Positions 10,219 to 19,876 of a stretch of 64,000 bases of DNA are shown here, piece by piece. Source of the stretch: Bdellovibrionota bacterium FG-1. GTDB lineage: Bacteria > Bdellovibrionota > UBA1018. A model generated the notes under the pieces. It saw nothing but the letters and a program-made list of their open reading frames with translations. It was not told the origin of the DNA and searched no databases. Every line of letters starts with the position of its first letter. The stretch's first letter is position 1. The stretch covers positions 13,558-77,557 of the forward strand of contig JBBCAW010000078.1 in assembly GCA_051382295.1 (NCBI GenBank). Reading direction: 5' to 3'. The position numbers and the translations under genes are program-made.

Positions 10219-11688
10219 TCAATAACTCCTAGCAAAAATCGCGCGAACGGCATTCCCTCCGCCGCAAACCATACATTTGCCCGGCTCATCAAACGGCTTA
10301 AACTGGGGATCCATCGGCAAGCAGCGGATCGTCGCCTTGGTTTCTTCTTTGACCTTTGCCTCGCATTCTTTGCCCTGGCACCAGCCGGTGACAAAAAATC
10401 CGCCCGGTTCTTCAATTTTCTTCTGAAATTCCGCGTAAGTTTCCACCCGAAAAGTGTTCGCATCGCGAAATTGCCGGGCCTTTTCGAGCAATTCTTTTTG
10501 CATCGCGGTCAACATCACAATCACGCGGGCAGGCGCGTCGGCGAGAGGCACAAACTCTTTGACGCCTATATCACGACGCGTGATCACGACTTGACCCTTA
10601 TCTAAATCGCGAGGTCCGAGTTCAATGCGCACGGGCGTACCGAGAAGCTCGTGCTCAAAAAATTTCCAGCCCGCTTGCTTGGTTTCGTCCTTATCCACCA
10701 ACACACCCACTTCATAAGGCATGGCGTGCTTTGGACCTTCATCGCGAATCATCGCAGCAAGGTGATCCGCCGCTTCTAACACTCGAGGCGTTTGATCCGC
10801 CTTGGCCATGATCGGCACAATCACAACGTGAGTCGCAGCTAAACGCGGCGGAAGAACCAAACCCTTATCATCTGAATGGGTCATGATCATCCCACCAATC
10901 AAACGAGTGGACACGCCCCAACTGGTCTGATGCACGGTTTTTTGCTTTCCGTCTTTATCCAAAAACTTGGTTTCAAAGGCTTCGGCAAAATGGGTCGACA
11001 AATTGTGGCTGGTGCCAGCCTGAAGCGCTTTTTTGTCCTGCATCATCGCTTCGATGCAATAGGTCCGAAGCGCGCCTGCGAATTTCTCGCTCTCCGATTT
11101 CAGCCCCGGAAGCACGGGAATCGCCAAAATTTCTTCGGCAAAATCGGTATAAACCTTCAACATGAGGCGAGCCTCGTCTTCGGCTTCCTCCGCCGTTGCG
11201 TGACAAGTATGGCCTTCTTGCCACAAAAACTCGGTGGTTCGCAAAAATAGGCGAGTCCGCATTTCCCAACGGACCACATTGGCCCATTGATTAATGAGCA
11301 TGGGCAGATCGCGATAGCTCTGAATCCACTTAGCGAACATCGCATTAATAATGGTCTCGGAGGTGGGCCGCACGACGAGTCTTTCGTCGAGTTCCTTGCC
11401 ACCCGCATAAGTCACGACCGCGCATTGAGGCGCAAAACCTTCGACGTGCTCGGCTTCTTTTTTGAGAAAACTCTCCGGAATAAAGAGCGGAAAATAAGCG
11501 TTTCGTACCCCGGTTTTTTTGATGCGAGCGTCCAAATTCTTCTGAATTTGCTCCCAAATAGAGTACCCATTGGGCCGAATCACCATGCAACCCTTGACCG
11601 GGCTATAGTCAGCCAGCCGTGCTTGCAGCACAATATCTTGATACCATTGAGAAAAGTCCTGAGATCGCGGTGTGATTTTTTCAGCCAT
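10219..11688 (-). CDS. proS: Proline--tRNA ligase (archaeal/eukaryotic-like type, no INS editing domain)
   Basis: [41 protein letters not shown]-terminal ARSY; ATG 11688 supported by promoter. Confidence 0.96.
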   Translation of the reverse strand: MAEKITPRSQDFSQWYQDIVLQARLADYSPVKGCMVIRPNGYSIWEQIQKNLDARIKKTGVRNAYFPLFIPESFLKKEAEHVEGFAPQCAVVTYAGGKELDERLVVRPTSETIINAMFAKWIQSYRDLPMLINQWANVVRWEMRTRLFLRTTEFLWQEGHTCHATAEEAEDEARLMLKVYTDFAEEILAIPVLPGLKSESEKFAGALRTYCIEAMMQDKKALQAGTSHNLSTHFAEAFETKFLDKDGKQKTVHQTSWGVSTRLIGGMIMTHSDDKGLVLPPRLAATHVVIVPIMAKADQTPRVLEAADHLAAMIRDEGPKHAMPYEVGVLVDKDETKQAGWKFFEHELLGTPVRIELGPRDLDKGQVVITRRDIGVKEFVPLADAPARVIVMLTAMQKELLEKARQFRDANTFRVETYAEFQKKIEEPGGFFVTGWCQGKECEAKVKEETKATIRCLPMDPQFKPFDEPGKCMVCGGGNAVRAIFARSY

Positions 11689-11695
11689 GAGCTGG

Positions 11696-11724
11696 AACAT
11701 AGTCGCTTGGACGTGGGCCGTCAA
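11696..11724 (-). promoter_or_regulatory. sigma70-like promoter of proS (leaderless mRNA)
   Basis: TTGACG-17 nt-TATGTT, 7 nt before ATG 11688, no SD. Confidence 0.6.
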
Positions 11725-11787
11725 AGAAAACTCGCTCAGGCCTCCGCGTCTCCGTTCTGAGCGGCAACTAACTTGAGTGGGCGACGC

Positions 11788-11966
11788 CCGGAGCTGCCTG
11801 GGCGCGGCAGTAAATCAAGTCAAGACGGGAGTCAGTAGCTCCAACTGCCGTGTGGCGGCAGAAAACCCGGTTGAAGTAGGGGTGAGCGCCTCCAACTGCC
11901 GCATAGAGGCAGTAAACTCGACTGAGTCCCGAGTGAGTCCTCTCAACTGCCGGACAAAGGCAGTAG
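11788..11966. repeat. Degenerate tandem repeat, 4 units of 51 bp, each with a CTGCC-N7-GGCAG hairpin
   Basis: CTGCC starts at 11794, 11845, 11896, 11947 (exact 51-bp period). Confidence 0.85.
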
Positions 11967-12028
11967 CTGAGGCAAACATCACTGCTGCACCCACACCTCA
12001 GCCCACCGGCCTCATCGAGAGAACAAAA

Positions 12029-12448
12029 TCAACGCTTCCGAACCGCCAAGGTCAAGCGACTCACGCAAACTAGTTGGTCATCCTGATGAATTTTAATTTC
12101 CCACACCTGAGTGCTGCGCCCGAGATGAAGGGGCGAGGCCTTGCCGGTCACAAAACCGTCACGGCAAGAGTGAAGGTGATTGGCGTTGATCTCAAGCCCC
12201 ACACAGGCGCTTTCCTGAGAATCCACGACCATGTTTGCAGCCATGCTCGCAACGGTTTCCGCGAGGACGCACGAAGCGCCCCCGTGCAAGAGCCCGGCGG
12301 GTTGCTTAGTTCGATGATCAACGGGCATCGTGCCGACCAAAAAATCGTCGCCGATTTCGGTAAACTCAATGCCGATGAATTCCATCATCGTACCGGCGCT
12401 TCTTTTGCGAAGATCTTCGAGGGTGTAAGACTTAAACCAAATTGCCAT
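12029..12448 (-). CDS. Hotdog-fold thioesterase (MenI/YdiI/PaaI family)
   Basis: QPAGLLHGGASCVLAET, GLEINANH, HLGRSTQVW. Confidence 0.92.
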   Translation of the reverse strand: MAIWFKSYTLEDLRKRSAGTMMEFIGIEFTEIGDDFLVGTMPVDHRTKQPAGLLHGGASCVLAETVASMAANMVVDSQESACVGLEINANHLHSCRDGFVTGKASPLHLGRSTQVWEIKIHQDDQLVCVSRLTLAVRKR

Positions 12449-13769
12449 GGGGAGCCTCTTTCAAAAAATTCTCAATATCGATTCCTCGAGCAAATTCACA
12501 ATGAAAAGGAGTGGACGTGACGACCTGAAGTTTTGATTTTGGAAAAATCTTGGGAAACCACAAAAAATCCAAGGGGCCCGCTTTACCTCTTTTGACCTCG
12601 ATTAAGCGACGGTCCTCGGTCACAAAATCCAACTCATGCTCGGAGGATTGCCAATAGTACATCAGTTCCGGGGTTTCCGCGCCACTCACTGCTGCCTTAC
12701 GCCACAGTTCTTGCGCCACCAACCACTCCAGCCACTTCGCTTGTTCGGTCTCTGGCAGCCGCTTCCAATCTTCGACCGAACGAATCCGATCGGTACTGAA
12801 GGCAAGCGCTGCGAGAGAATTGATCCAGTGAAATTTTTTAGCCTTCTTGGGAATGGGGTGAAAATGTCCTGCTTCAACCGGTATCCCCTGGCTCAAGCAA
12901 AGTGTATCTTGCAAAAGGTCAAGATAACCCTGGAGAACGGTGGCATTCGCGACTCCGGCCTCTCGTGCGAGAGTGACCAAGGGAACGGGGTTTCCGCCGC
13001 CCTGAATGAGCCTCCGGGCGATCCAGGTCAAGAGAGTTCGACTTCGTCCGGCGGCCGCGCATTCGCCTAGAATCCAATCCCGCGTGAGTTCTAAAACATA
13101 CTCGGGTAAAAAACCATGTGAGATAAATTCATTCGCCGCCAAGGGTGACCCCCCGGTCAAAAGATAAACAATCCACGAATCGGCTCCGAAATATTTGCGA
13201 CATTTAGACTCAAATTCAGCATAAGATATTGGCGTAAAAACGTAGTTGGTCCGATTCAGCCGGCCCTTTCGCCCGGGGAGTCGCTCTTTGCCTCGTCTCA
13301 GATCAGTCGCCTTAGATCCCGTCGTGACAATCAGGATCTTGCGGCTCAGTCCCTCATCATAAACGCGCTTGATGGCTCGCTCCCAATTTTCTACCGCCGT
13401 GATCTCATCAATAAAAAGGCGCTTGATTGGTTGATCGGGCGAAAACGCCCGAATGCACTCAACCAGTTTTTCATACAAACGCTGCCAGTCGATGATTTCA
13501 TCCCCATTCAATAAAAGCACAGATCCTGGTCCCCAGCGCCGCCAAGACTCCCATGCTTGTTGCTCTAACCAAGTGCTTTTACCAAACTGGCGGGCCCCTC
13601 GCACCAGAATGAGCCCCGGAGTTTCGGGTAATTGATCGAGCCCAAAATGCACATCGAAAGAAATAGCCTGGTTTTTTAGCTCCTCGATATTTGGAAATAA
13701 CCCTGTTATTTCATACGAATGAGGCATCTCATTCTGAAGAAGGAGGGTATTTTTTGTCTGAACGTCCAT
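12432..13769 (-). CDS. AAA+ ATPase (AAA_14-like) with C-terminal DUF4143/PD-(D/E)XK-like domain
   Basis: GARQFGKS, FIDEI, TTGS, LPGR, GG, ELDF...IEVK. Confidence 0.85.
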   Translation of the reverse strand: MDVQTKNTLLLQNEMPHSYEITGLFPNIEELKNQAISFDVHFGLDQLPETPGLILVRGARQFGKSTWLEQQAWESWRRWGPGSVLLLNGDEIIDWQRLYEKLVECIRAFSPDQPIKRLFIDEITAVENWERAIKRVYDEGLSRKILIVTTGSKATDLRRGKERLPGRKGRLNRTNYVFTPISYAEFESKCRKYFGADSWIVYLLTGGSPLAANEFISHGFLPEYVLELTRDWILGECAAAGRSRTLLTWIARRLIQGGGNPVPLVTLAREAGVANATVLQGYLDLLQDTLCLSQGIPVEAGHFHPIPKKAKKFHWINSLAALAFSTDRIRSVEDWKRLPETEQAKWLEWLVAQELWRKAAVSGAETPELMYYWQSSEHELDFVTEDRRLIEVKRGKAGPLDFLWFPKIFPKSKLQVVTSTPFHCEFARGIDIENFLKEAPHGNLV

Positions 13770-13778
13770 ACCGTATAG

Positions 13779-13807
13779 ATTCTATACGCTGTGAACGTCT
13801 AGATCAA
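13779..13807 (-). promoter_or_regulatory. sigma70-like promoter of ATPase 12432-13769
   Basis: TTGATC-17-TAGAAT, 9 nt before ATG; overlapped by palindrome CGTATAGA-T-TCTATACG. Confidence 0.55.
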
Positions 13808-13810
13808 GAG

Positions 13811-14212
13811 CTATTGAATTTGCACGAGTTTTAACGGCGAGCATCGGGCGATCGCCGAAAAATCTTGATCCGATGTGAGCAATTCCAAATCGTGATCCAC
13901 AGCGGTTTTGGCAATCATCCAATCTCCGAGCCGTGGAAGATTCGCGCCGCTTCGAGCGCAGTTTCGATAGATCATAATCCAGTCGTCGAAACCCTCATTT
14001 TTGAAATCAAAGAAGGCCATCTGCCCAAAAGATTTTGCCAACTTTTTTCGATCGAGGTCCGAAGTAATTCCCCGTAGTACCTCAAAATAAATCACATGAC
14101 TCACGCAGACTTCTTCGACGAGTTTATCGGCAAGCTTTTCTAAAAACCGAGTGCACTGGTTTTCCCTTTTTTTGAGCAGATCGATCCAAACACAGCTATC
14201 CACCAGAATCAT
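13811..14212 (-). CDS. vapC: VapC/PIN-domain ribonuclease toxin
   Basis: MILVDSCVWID, EVLRG, D-x-MIA, LLTSDQDF. Confidence 0.9.
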   Translation of the reverse strand: MILVDSCVWIDLLKKRENQCTRFLEKLADKLVEEVCVSHVIYFEVLRGITSDLDRKKLAKSFGQMAFFDFKNEGFDDWIMIYRNCARSGANLPRLGDWMIAKTAVDHDLELLTSDQDFSAIARCSPLKLVQIQ

Positions 14213-14221
14213 CTTCTTACC

Positions 14222-14434
14222 TTACCGTGACTCTTTGTAGTCATAGTCAGGATTAAATTCGACTTGGCTTTGAATGATTTCTTTCAACGCCTGGGAACTA
14301 GTCACCAAGCGCATCAGAGCAAAATCAATCACGTCCTTCGTGGTAAAAAGACCGGCAGCCGCCCCCACAATCTTCTTCGCTTTTTTGAGCTTTTCCATAT
14401 CGAGTTCGACATTCGTCCGCTTCATTTTTTTCAT
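14222..14434 (-). CDS. vapB: VapB-family antitoxin
   Basis: MKRTNVELD..., TTKDVIDFAL; directly upstream of vapC; GGAGG SD. Confidence 0.85.
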   Translation of the reverse strand: MKKMKRTNVELDMEKLKKAKKIVGAAAGLFTTKDVIDFALMRLVTSSQALKEIIQSQVEFNPDYDYKESR

Positions 14435-14448
14435 GAGCTATACCTCCT

Positions 14449-14484
14449 ATACACAAATATAGTCATTTATGTGTATGAAGTCAA
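14449..14484 (-). promoter_or_regulatory. vapBC promoter with inverted-repeat operator
   Basis: TTGACT-17-TATATT; ATACACA(14449)...TGTGTAT(14476) overlaps it. Confidence 0.65.
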
Positions 14485-14504
14485 GACCCATAGGGCCCTA
14501 AATA

Positions 14505-14522
14505 TGTTTACACATGTAAACA
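14505..14522. promoter_or_regulatory. Perfect palindrome TGTTTACA-CA-TGTAAACA (candidate operator)
   Basis: 8-2-8 inverted repeat ~95 bp upstream of the TIGR02147-containing operon. Confidence 0.55.
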
Positions 14523-14615
14523 CTCCGCCCTACTTTTTCATTGAATTTTAGCGGCAACCGACCGAACCTAAGATCATCCAAGCAGTAATAAACGCGGTTC
14601 AAAAAAGGAGATCTT

Positions 14616-15209
14616 ATGAAATTCAAAATTCCACTCTTTGCTCTCACGTGCTTTGCCCTAACTTCAGTAGCAGCCCAAGCTGCCGTCGTGGATCAGTTCG
14701 AGTGCCAGATTGATTTTAAAGCCGTGCCTCCAGCATCGGATGTTCATGGACAAGTCACCATGAGTTTAGCGCGAATAACAATGAATCCCGATGATAATTA
14801 TTTTAAACCTCCTGTTGACACCGAGATGACATCGGCTAATGGGGGATTTTCTTTATCAAATGGGGACCACAAAATTAAAATCGGTGGTGATCTTTCTTAT
14901 CTACATGCTTACCGTAAATTTCCTGATGGAACGATCCATGCGGCCCAGGTACGCCCTTGTTTGGGCATCAATATTGGCATCGCCGGAGGAATGCCATCGG
15001 CAATAGCCTGCTCTAGCGGAATCTCAGATGGACAAAACCCCTGGGACCCGCTCACCGACCCAACATGGACCCACGTCGCGGTCCGCGATGGTGTGCCTGA
15101 TTTTGCCCCTGGCCCACTCAAATCACACACCCAGGTCAAAAACTATGAAACCGGCGAAGTCTTCGGCGAAGCTGACATGAGCTGTATCTTCAAGGGCACC
15201 CTGCACTAA
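14616..15209 (+). CDS. Secreted hypothetical protein
   Basis: AGGAG SD, signal peptide ending AQA, four Cys in the mature region. Confidence 0.75.
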   Translation: MKFKIPLFALTCFALTSVAAQAAVVDQFECQIDFKAVPPASDVHGQVTMSLARITMNPDDNYFKPPVDTEMTSANGGFSLSNGDHKIKIGGDLSYLHAYRKFPDGTIHAAQVRPCLGINIGIAGGMPSAIACSSGISDGQNPWDPLTDPTWTHVAVRDGVPDFAPGPLKSHTQVKNYETGEVFGEADMSCIFKGTLH

Positions 15210-16036
15210 TGGAACGCCCGGTGATCTTTGACTATCGAGCAGTCCCTGCTTTTGTGCAGGCGATGCTGGAGTGGCGCAAGGCTCAGGATCCGAAATTTTC
15301 GATCCGCCGCAGTCTCAAGGGCGCCATTCCCTGCTCTCCAGGACTGATCACTCTGGTCGCGCAGGGTAAACGCAACCTCACACGAGAACGGGTCGAAGCT
15401 TTTGCCAAGATCTTGGAACTCAACCGCGAAGAAACGACTTACTTGGATCGTTGGGTGGCTCTGCAACGCAAACCGCACATGCCTACGGCAAGCGAAACAG
15501 AGCCATCCCAAAAGTCTTCGCCGGTGGTGCCCCGCCGACCTGCGGCTCAAAATCATCTGCTCACGAATTGGCTCAATGTATACGTCAAAGACCTTTGCGA
15601 ACTCCGAGGATTTGAACCCGACCCCATCACCCTCTCGCGAATGCTGGGTGGGATTGCGACTCCCCGCCAGATTCAGCGGTCCTTGGATTTTCTCGTCAAA
15701 AATGGATATTTTAGACGCACGCTCAAAGGTCAACTCGTCAAGAATGAGCGCATGACCGTCACCACGGACGATATTCCGGACGCCAAAATTAAGGCATTTC
15801 ACAAAAATGCCCTCAAACTCGCCACTCGCGCGGTGGATCTCTATCCCGTCGAACGCCGGCGGGCCAATGCTTTAGTGATAGCGCTCAATCAAAGCAGTGT
15901 TGAAGAATTGAAGACTTTGCTGAAGGATTTTTACGAACGACTCCTGGTGTTTCTCGAAGAACACCCGGATGATGATGAACAACTCTATCAAGTATTGCTC
16001 AACTTGACTCCGATCGGAGGGGCCTGTGAAAATTAA
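15209..16036 (+). CDS. TIGR02147/DUF4423-like putative DNA-binding protein
   Basis: IFDYR..F, KFSIR, V-xx-GKRNLT N-terminal HTH; IKAFHK, PVERR, LYQV-x-LNL C-terminus. Confidence 0.8.
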   Translation: MERPVIFDYRAVPAFVQAMLEWRKAQDPKFSIRRSLKGAIPCSPGLITLVAQGKRNLTRERVEAFAKILELNREETTYLDRWVALQRKPHMPTASETEPSQKSSPVVPRRPAAQNHLLTNWLNVYVKDLCELRGFEPDPITLSRMLGGIATPRQIQRSLDFLVKNGYFRRTLKGQLVKNERMTVTTDDIPDAKIKAFHKNALKLATRAVDLYPVERRRANALVIALNQSSVEELKTLLKDFYERLLVFLEEHPDDDEQLYQVLLNLTPIGGACEN

Positions 16037-17075
16037 CTCAGTCGCCGGATTGGCTTTATTTCTTTTCATTTCTCTTACCTCTTTGGCCCAAGCCGGTGGA
16101 GGCTCCGCGATTGGCAACGGTGACGATGTGATGAGCCACTATCTCGAAGGAACACGAGACGCCATTCGCCAAACGCTGATTCGCCTGACCATCCCCGAAA
16201 ATCAGGGCCCAATTTGCGCGTCTCAGAGTTCGCTCAATGATGCCCAAAAAGCGGAGTGCAAAGCGTTTATTTTAGAAACTCTTCGCCCCATGCTCGTCCT
16301 CAACTCGAGTTCCCATCCAGTACCCTTCTTGCTAAGAACTGAACCCCTCCTCGTGGTCGGACCCGATGGAAAAGAGCGCCAAGTCGATGCACGCACCGAC
16401 CTTGGGCCGGAGGGCGCGATCGAATTTGATTTCAATCGCACCCAATTCTATTCGCCGCTCCAGATTTTCACGTTAATGGCCCACGAATTCGGCCATAAAG
16501 TTCAGTTTCACGGTCGTTACACCGAGGACAATCCCCCGACCGAGGCCTTCCCCAATGGTCGAGCCCTGATCGACAGCGCAGCCTATGCCTTGGCCGCAGC
16601 GGCGCAGGATTTTCGGATTCTGGGTTCTTACTTTCTTTTGAATGATCGGTGTTATTGCATTATCGATTACGGCGGAGGCGCGCAGCCCCTCGGGATTGAA
16701 GGTTATAGCCCGCGTTTTTTTGCTTCGCCCAAAAGCTTTGATGCTTTCGAAACGTCCATCGGTCGACGTCCCACGGACCTCAATGTTTTTGTCGACGAGT
16801 ACGGCCGCTCGCGCCTCCACCTGAGAATAATCCTCACCGAACAAAACGGCTGCCGCAAGGATATCAGCTCGGGCCGCTCCACACGAATTGAGTTGGTCCG
16901 CGCATTTTTACCGCAACCTAATGGGGACGTGCCTCCAGAAGAAGTGTTGAACTCCGAGGATCAGCCCGGAAAAAATCCATTGTGCGAAGACTCCCCCGCT
17001 CCGCTGGAATTGCGCTATGGACGGCTTCATTTTAGCTGCCTGTATACCGGGTCGTTTGGGCAGGCGGCGGAGTAA
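16026..17075 (+). CDS. Secreted protein with HEXXH zinc-metallopeptidase-like motif
   Basis: Signal peptide then GGGSAIGNG; LMAHEFGH. Confidence 0.7.
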   Translation: MKINSVAGLALFLFISLTSLAQAGGGSAIGNGDDVMSHYLEGTRDAIRQTLIRLTIPENQGPICASQSSLNDAQKAECKAFILETLRPMLVLNSSSHPVPFLLRTEPLLVVGPDGKERQVDARTDLGPEGAIEFDFNRTQFYSPLQIFTLMAHEFGHKVQFHGRYTEDNPPTEAFPNGRALIDSAAYALAAAAQDFRILGSYFLLNDRCYCIIDYGGGAQPLGIEGYSPRFFASPKSFDAFETSIGRRPTDLNVFVDEYGRSRLHLRIILTEQNGCRKDISSGRSTRIELVRAFLPQPNGDVPPEEVLNSEDQPGKNPLCEDSPAPLELRYGRLHFSCLYTGSFGQAAE

Positions 17076-17080
17076 CCCCC

Positions 17081-18253
17081 CTAGCCACGCGGCCATTCCT
17101 TAAGAAAATTCTGCTGCGTCCAGACCGTTTTTTCGGGGACAACGAGATTCAAATACGCCTTCGAAAGATTCACTGCGGCTGAAGACCATTTCACTTCGAT
17201 CGCCCATTGCTGAGCGAGAACAAAATCCACTTCGCCGGCCTTCCCGCTCCAATACCCCAAGCGGCTATATCTACGAGCTAACGCTTCATGAGCAACCAAC
17301 TCGGCCATAGCGGCATCATGGTTTTCCTCCTGCTTTTTGCCGGCAAGCTCAAGGGAAATTCGATAGAGCAAAGGATCCGTGAAATAAAATTTTCGATCCT
17401 TCCGAAATCGAAAGGCCCCTGTATCCAAATCTAGGGCGTGAAGCTGTCGCACGGCAAAGCAAGATTCAAGTACGGCAATATATTCTTGCACCGTATTGTG
17501 AGATCCAATTCGGGTTTTTTTGGCTAGAGTTTGAAAACTGAGAGGGGTTTGTAGACACAACGCAAGCTGAGCTAGAAGTTCCTTAAGATAGCTTTCTTGT
17601 TTTCCCAGTTTAACCATATCCCCCACTAACCAACGCAGATAAGTATCCATGGCCTGCGAAGGCTTGTGGCCTTGGGGACCCGCTTCGGCAACGGCGGATG
17701 GAAATCCACCCACACGAAAATACGCACGAAGTTCTTCCAACCGATTTTCAGATAACCAGCCGGCCTGACGACGGGCCTGCTCAAACTCCTCGAAATCCAT
17801 CGGAAGCAGGTGAGATTCACCGCCCCCATCAAACCGGCCCGGCATTCGGTCCGCTCCTCGCCGCAAATCCTCGGCATGAGATCCCGTCACCATAAGGATA
17901 TGAGTATGGCCCGAATCAACTTCGTGTTTGACCGCTCGGTCCCATTCCTCGACAAAATTTACCTCGTCTAAAAGAACGATCCTTCGATCCCTCACCGACT
18001 TAAGAATCTCAGCAAGCTCCTTGTAGGAGGCTACGTTCTCACAGCTGAGATAAAAGCATTTTTCTTGATTTGCATAATGGGACAGCACTGCCTTGAGCCA
18101 AGAACTCTTTCCAATTTGCCGGGGTCCTCGAATGATATACAGCCCCGCCTTTTCGGGAATCCAAGGGATGGGTCGTTGAAAGGGCATCGAAGCAACCCTT
18201 TTGAGATGGCGGTCTGCCTTTTCCCAACCTTGGTTTTCCCAAAAATATTCCAT
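17081..18253 (-). CDS. AAA+ ATPase (AAA_14-like)/DUF4143 protein
   Basis: GPRQIGKS, LLDEV, VTGS, MPGR, GGFP, KFYFTD, EVDF..IEVK. Confidence 0.88.
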   Translation of the reverse strand: MEYFWENQGWEKADRHLKRVASMPFQRPIPWIPEKAGLYIIRGPRQIGKSSWLKAVLSHYANQEKCFYLSCENVASYKELAEILKSVRDRRIVLLDEVNFVEEWDRAVKHEVDSGHTHILMVTGSHAEDLRRGADRMPGRFDGGGESHLLPMDFEEFEQARRQAGWLSENRLEELRAYFRVGGFPSAVAEAGPQGHKPSQAMDTYLRWLVGDMVKLGKQESYLKELLAQLALCLQTPLSFQTLAKKTRIGSHNTVQEYIAVLESCFAVRQLHALDLDTGAFRFRKDRKFYFTDPLLYRISLELAGKKQEENHDAAMAELVAHEALARRYSRLGYWSGKAGEVDFVLAQQWAIEVKWSSAAVNLSKAYLNLVVPEKTVWTQQNFLKEWPRG

Positions 18254-18271
18254 AGTTATAACTATATCACA

Positions 18272-18325
18272 TTTTTGGTCAATAGTAATATCATTTTTGG
18301 TCAGTTCTAAATTCGTTTTTGGTCA
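18272..18325. repeat. Three direct repeats TTTTTGGTCA at 22-bp period (operator array)
   Basis: Copies at 18272, 18294, 18316 upstream of ATPase 17081-18253. Confidence 0.8.
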
Positions 18326-18473
18326 ATCAAATCACCCATCCCCTCGAATCGCAACAAAATGATGCGATTCGGACCCTGTCTTGATGCGATTTGGAGGCAA
18401 CGTCCTATTTTTTCCTGAAAACAGGAAAACTACCCGGGGTAATTTTCCGGAAAACGTGATAAATTAGGACTTG

Positions 18474-19832
18474 ATGGATTTATTTAGACGAAATCTCCTC
18501 AATCAGCTGATTCATTGGAAGAATAAGACCACTCGACTTCCTCTCATCCTCTGGGGCGCTCGCCAGGTCGGCAAAAGCACCAGTGTCGAAGCTTTTGGCG
18601 CGGAGCACTTTCCGAAAAGTCATATTTTCAATTTCCAAAAAAATGCTTCTCTAAAAACGGCCTTTCAAGGCGATCTTCAACCCTCCGAGATATTGAACGC
18701 GCTCCGAATCTCCCAAAAAACGGAGATCGGTCCTCATGATCTCCTCTTTTTTGACGAGATCCAGGAATGTCCGGAGGCCTTAACGTCTTTGAAGTATTTT
18801 TCAGAACTTCTTCCCCGACAACCTGTTATCGCGGCGGGGAGTCACCTCGGTTTGGTCAAAAATGAAGCCGCCTTTCCCGTCGGGAAGGTAGAATTTCTTT
18901 CGCTTCACCCGATGACCTATTTTGAGTTTCTCGACAATCTTGAACCGGAAACTTTCGACGTCATTTCCAAACAACCCTTCGACTCTCCAACTCCGATACC
19001 GGAATTTTTTCATCAACGCGCCCTGCACTGGCTGCGTCTTTACCTGTGCGTGGGGGGCATGCCAGAGGCGGTCGCCGCTTTTGCAAGGTTGCGCGACCCC
19101 GAAGCCCAAGGGGTGCTGCGAGCACGTGAGGTCCAAAGACGTTTGGTGCAAGGGTATTATGGCGATTTCTCGAAACACTCGGGCACGGTCAATGCCAACC
19201 ACATTGTGAGGGTCTTTGATGCGGCCGCAATTCAGCTAGGGCGAATGCAAGATGCCTCGGTAAAGAAATTTCAATTTTCAGATGTAATTCCTAAGAGGAA
19301 GGGATTCGAAAGCATTGATGGTCCTTTGACTTGGCTTGAGAAATCTCGCCTAATCATCAAGACTTATATGGCGAATCGCTTCGAACAACCGATTAAGGCC
19401 TTTACCCAAACGAATTATTTTAAGGCTTACCTCTTTGACACCGGAATCCTGAACTGCATGCTCGATGTCCCAATCGAAAACCTTTTTTCGGAATCCTTAG
19501 GGACCTATAAAGGTTACCTTGCCGAAAACTTTGTGGCCCAAGAGTTATTTGCGACCCTCGACCGCCCTCTCATGGGATGGACTGAAGGAGAAAGCGAAGT
19601 GGAGTTCGTGGTTTCACGGGGAGCGGATCTTTGTCCGATCGAGGTCAAGGCCTCCAGTCGCACGCGAAGAGCAAAGAGTCTCGATTCTCTCATCAGAAAG
19701 TACCACCCACCCATGAGCATTAAGGCCACGGGTCAAAATCGCAGCTTTGCGGCTCAGCGAAAAATCCTGACGCTTCCGATGTATTTGGTGGCAAGTATCT
19801 GTTTTTCAAGTGACACGAAAATCAATCATTAG
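18474..19832 (+). CDS. AAA+ ATPase (AAA_14)/DUF4143 protein
   Basis: GARQVGKS, FFDEIQ, FPVGKV, GGMPE, DTGIL, EVEF..PIEVK. Confidence 0.9.
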   Translation: MDLFRRNLLNQLIHWKNKTTRLPLILWGARQVGKSTSVEAFGAEHFPKSHIFNFQKNASLKTAFQGDLQPSEILNALRISQKTEIGPHDLLFFDEIQECPEALTSLKYFSELLPRQPVIAAGSHLGLVKNEAAFPVGKVEFLSLHPMTYFEFLDNLEPETFDVISKQPFDSPTPIPEFFHQRALHWLRLYLCVGGMPEAVAAFARLRDPEAQGVLRAREVQRRLVQGYYGDFSKHSGTVNANHIVRVFDAAAIQLGRMQDASVKKFQFSDVIPKRKGFESIDGPLTWLEKSRLIIKTYMANRFEQPIKAFTQTNYFKAYLFDTGILNCMLDVPIENLFSESLGTYKGYLAENFVAQELFATLDRPLMGWTEGESEVEFVVSRGADLCPIEVKASSRTRRAKSLDSLIRKYHPPMSIKATGQNRSFAAQRKILTLPMYLVASICFSSDTKINH

Positions 19833-19876
19833 CTTGCTTTGTCCCATCGGGGCGCTGTTGTAAAGCGTCACCGACC

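Noticed and set aside
11788..11966. Bona fide CRISPR array
   Set aside because: Repeats are degenerate with variable 7-nt loops, linkers are short and resemble each other, and there is no leader or cas gene; kept only as an unexplained repeat.
11725..12028. T-box riboswitch for proS
   Set aside because: No T-box motif or terminator seen, and a sigma70-like promoter lies directly before the proS ATG.
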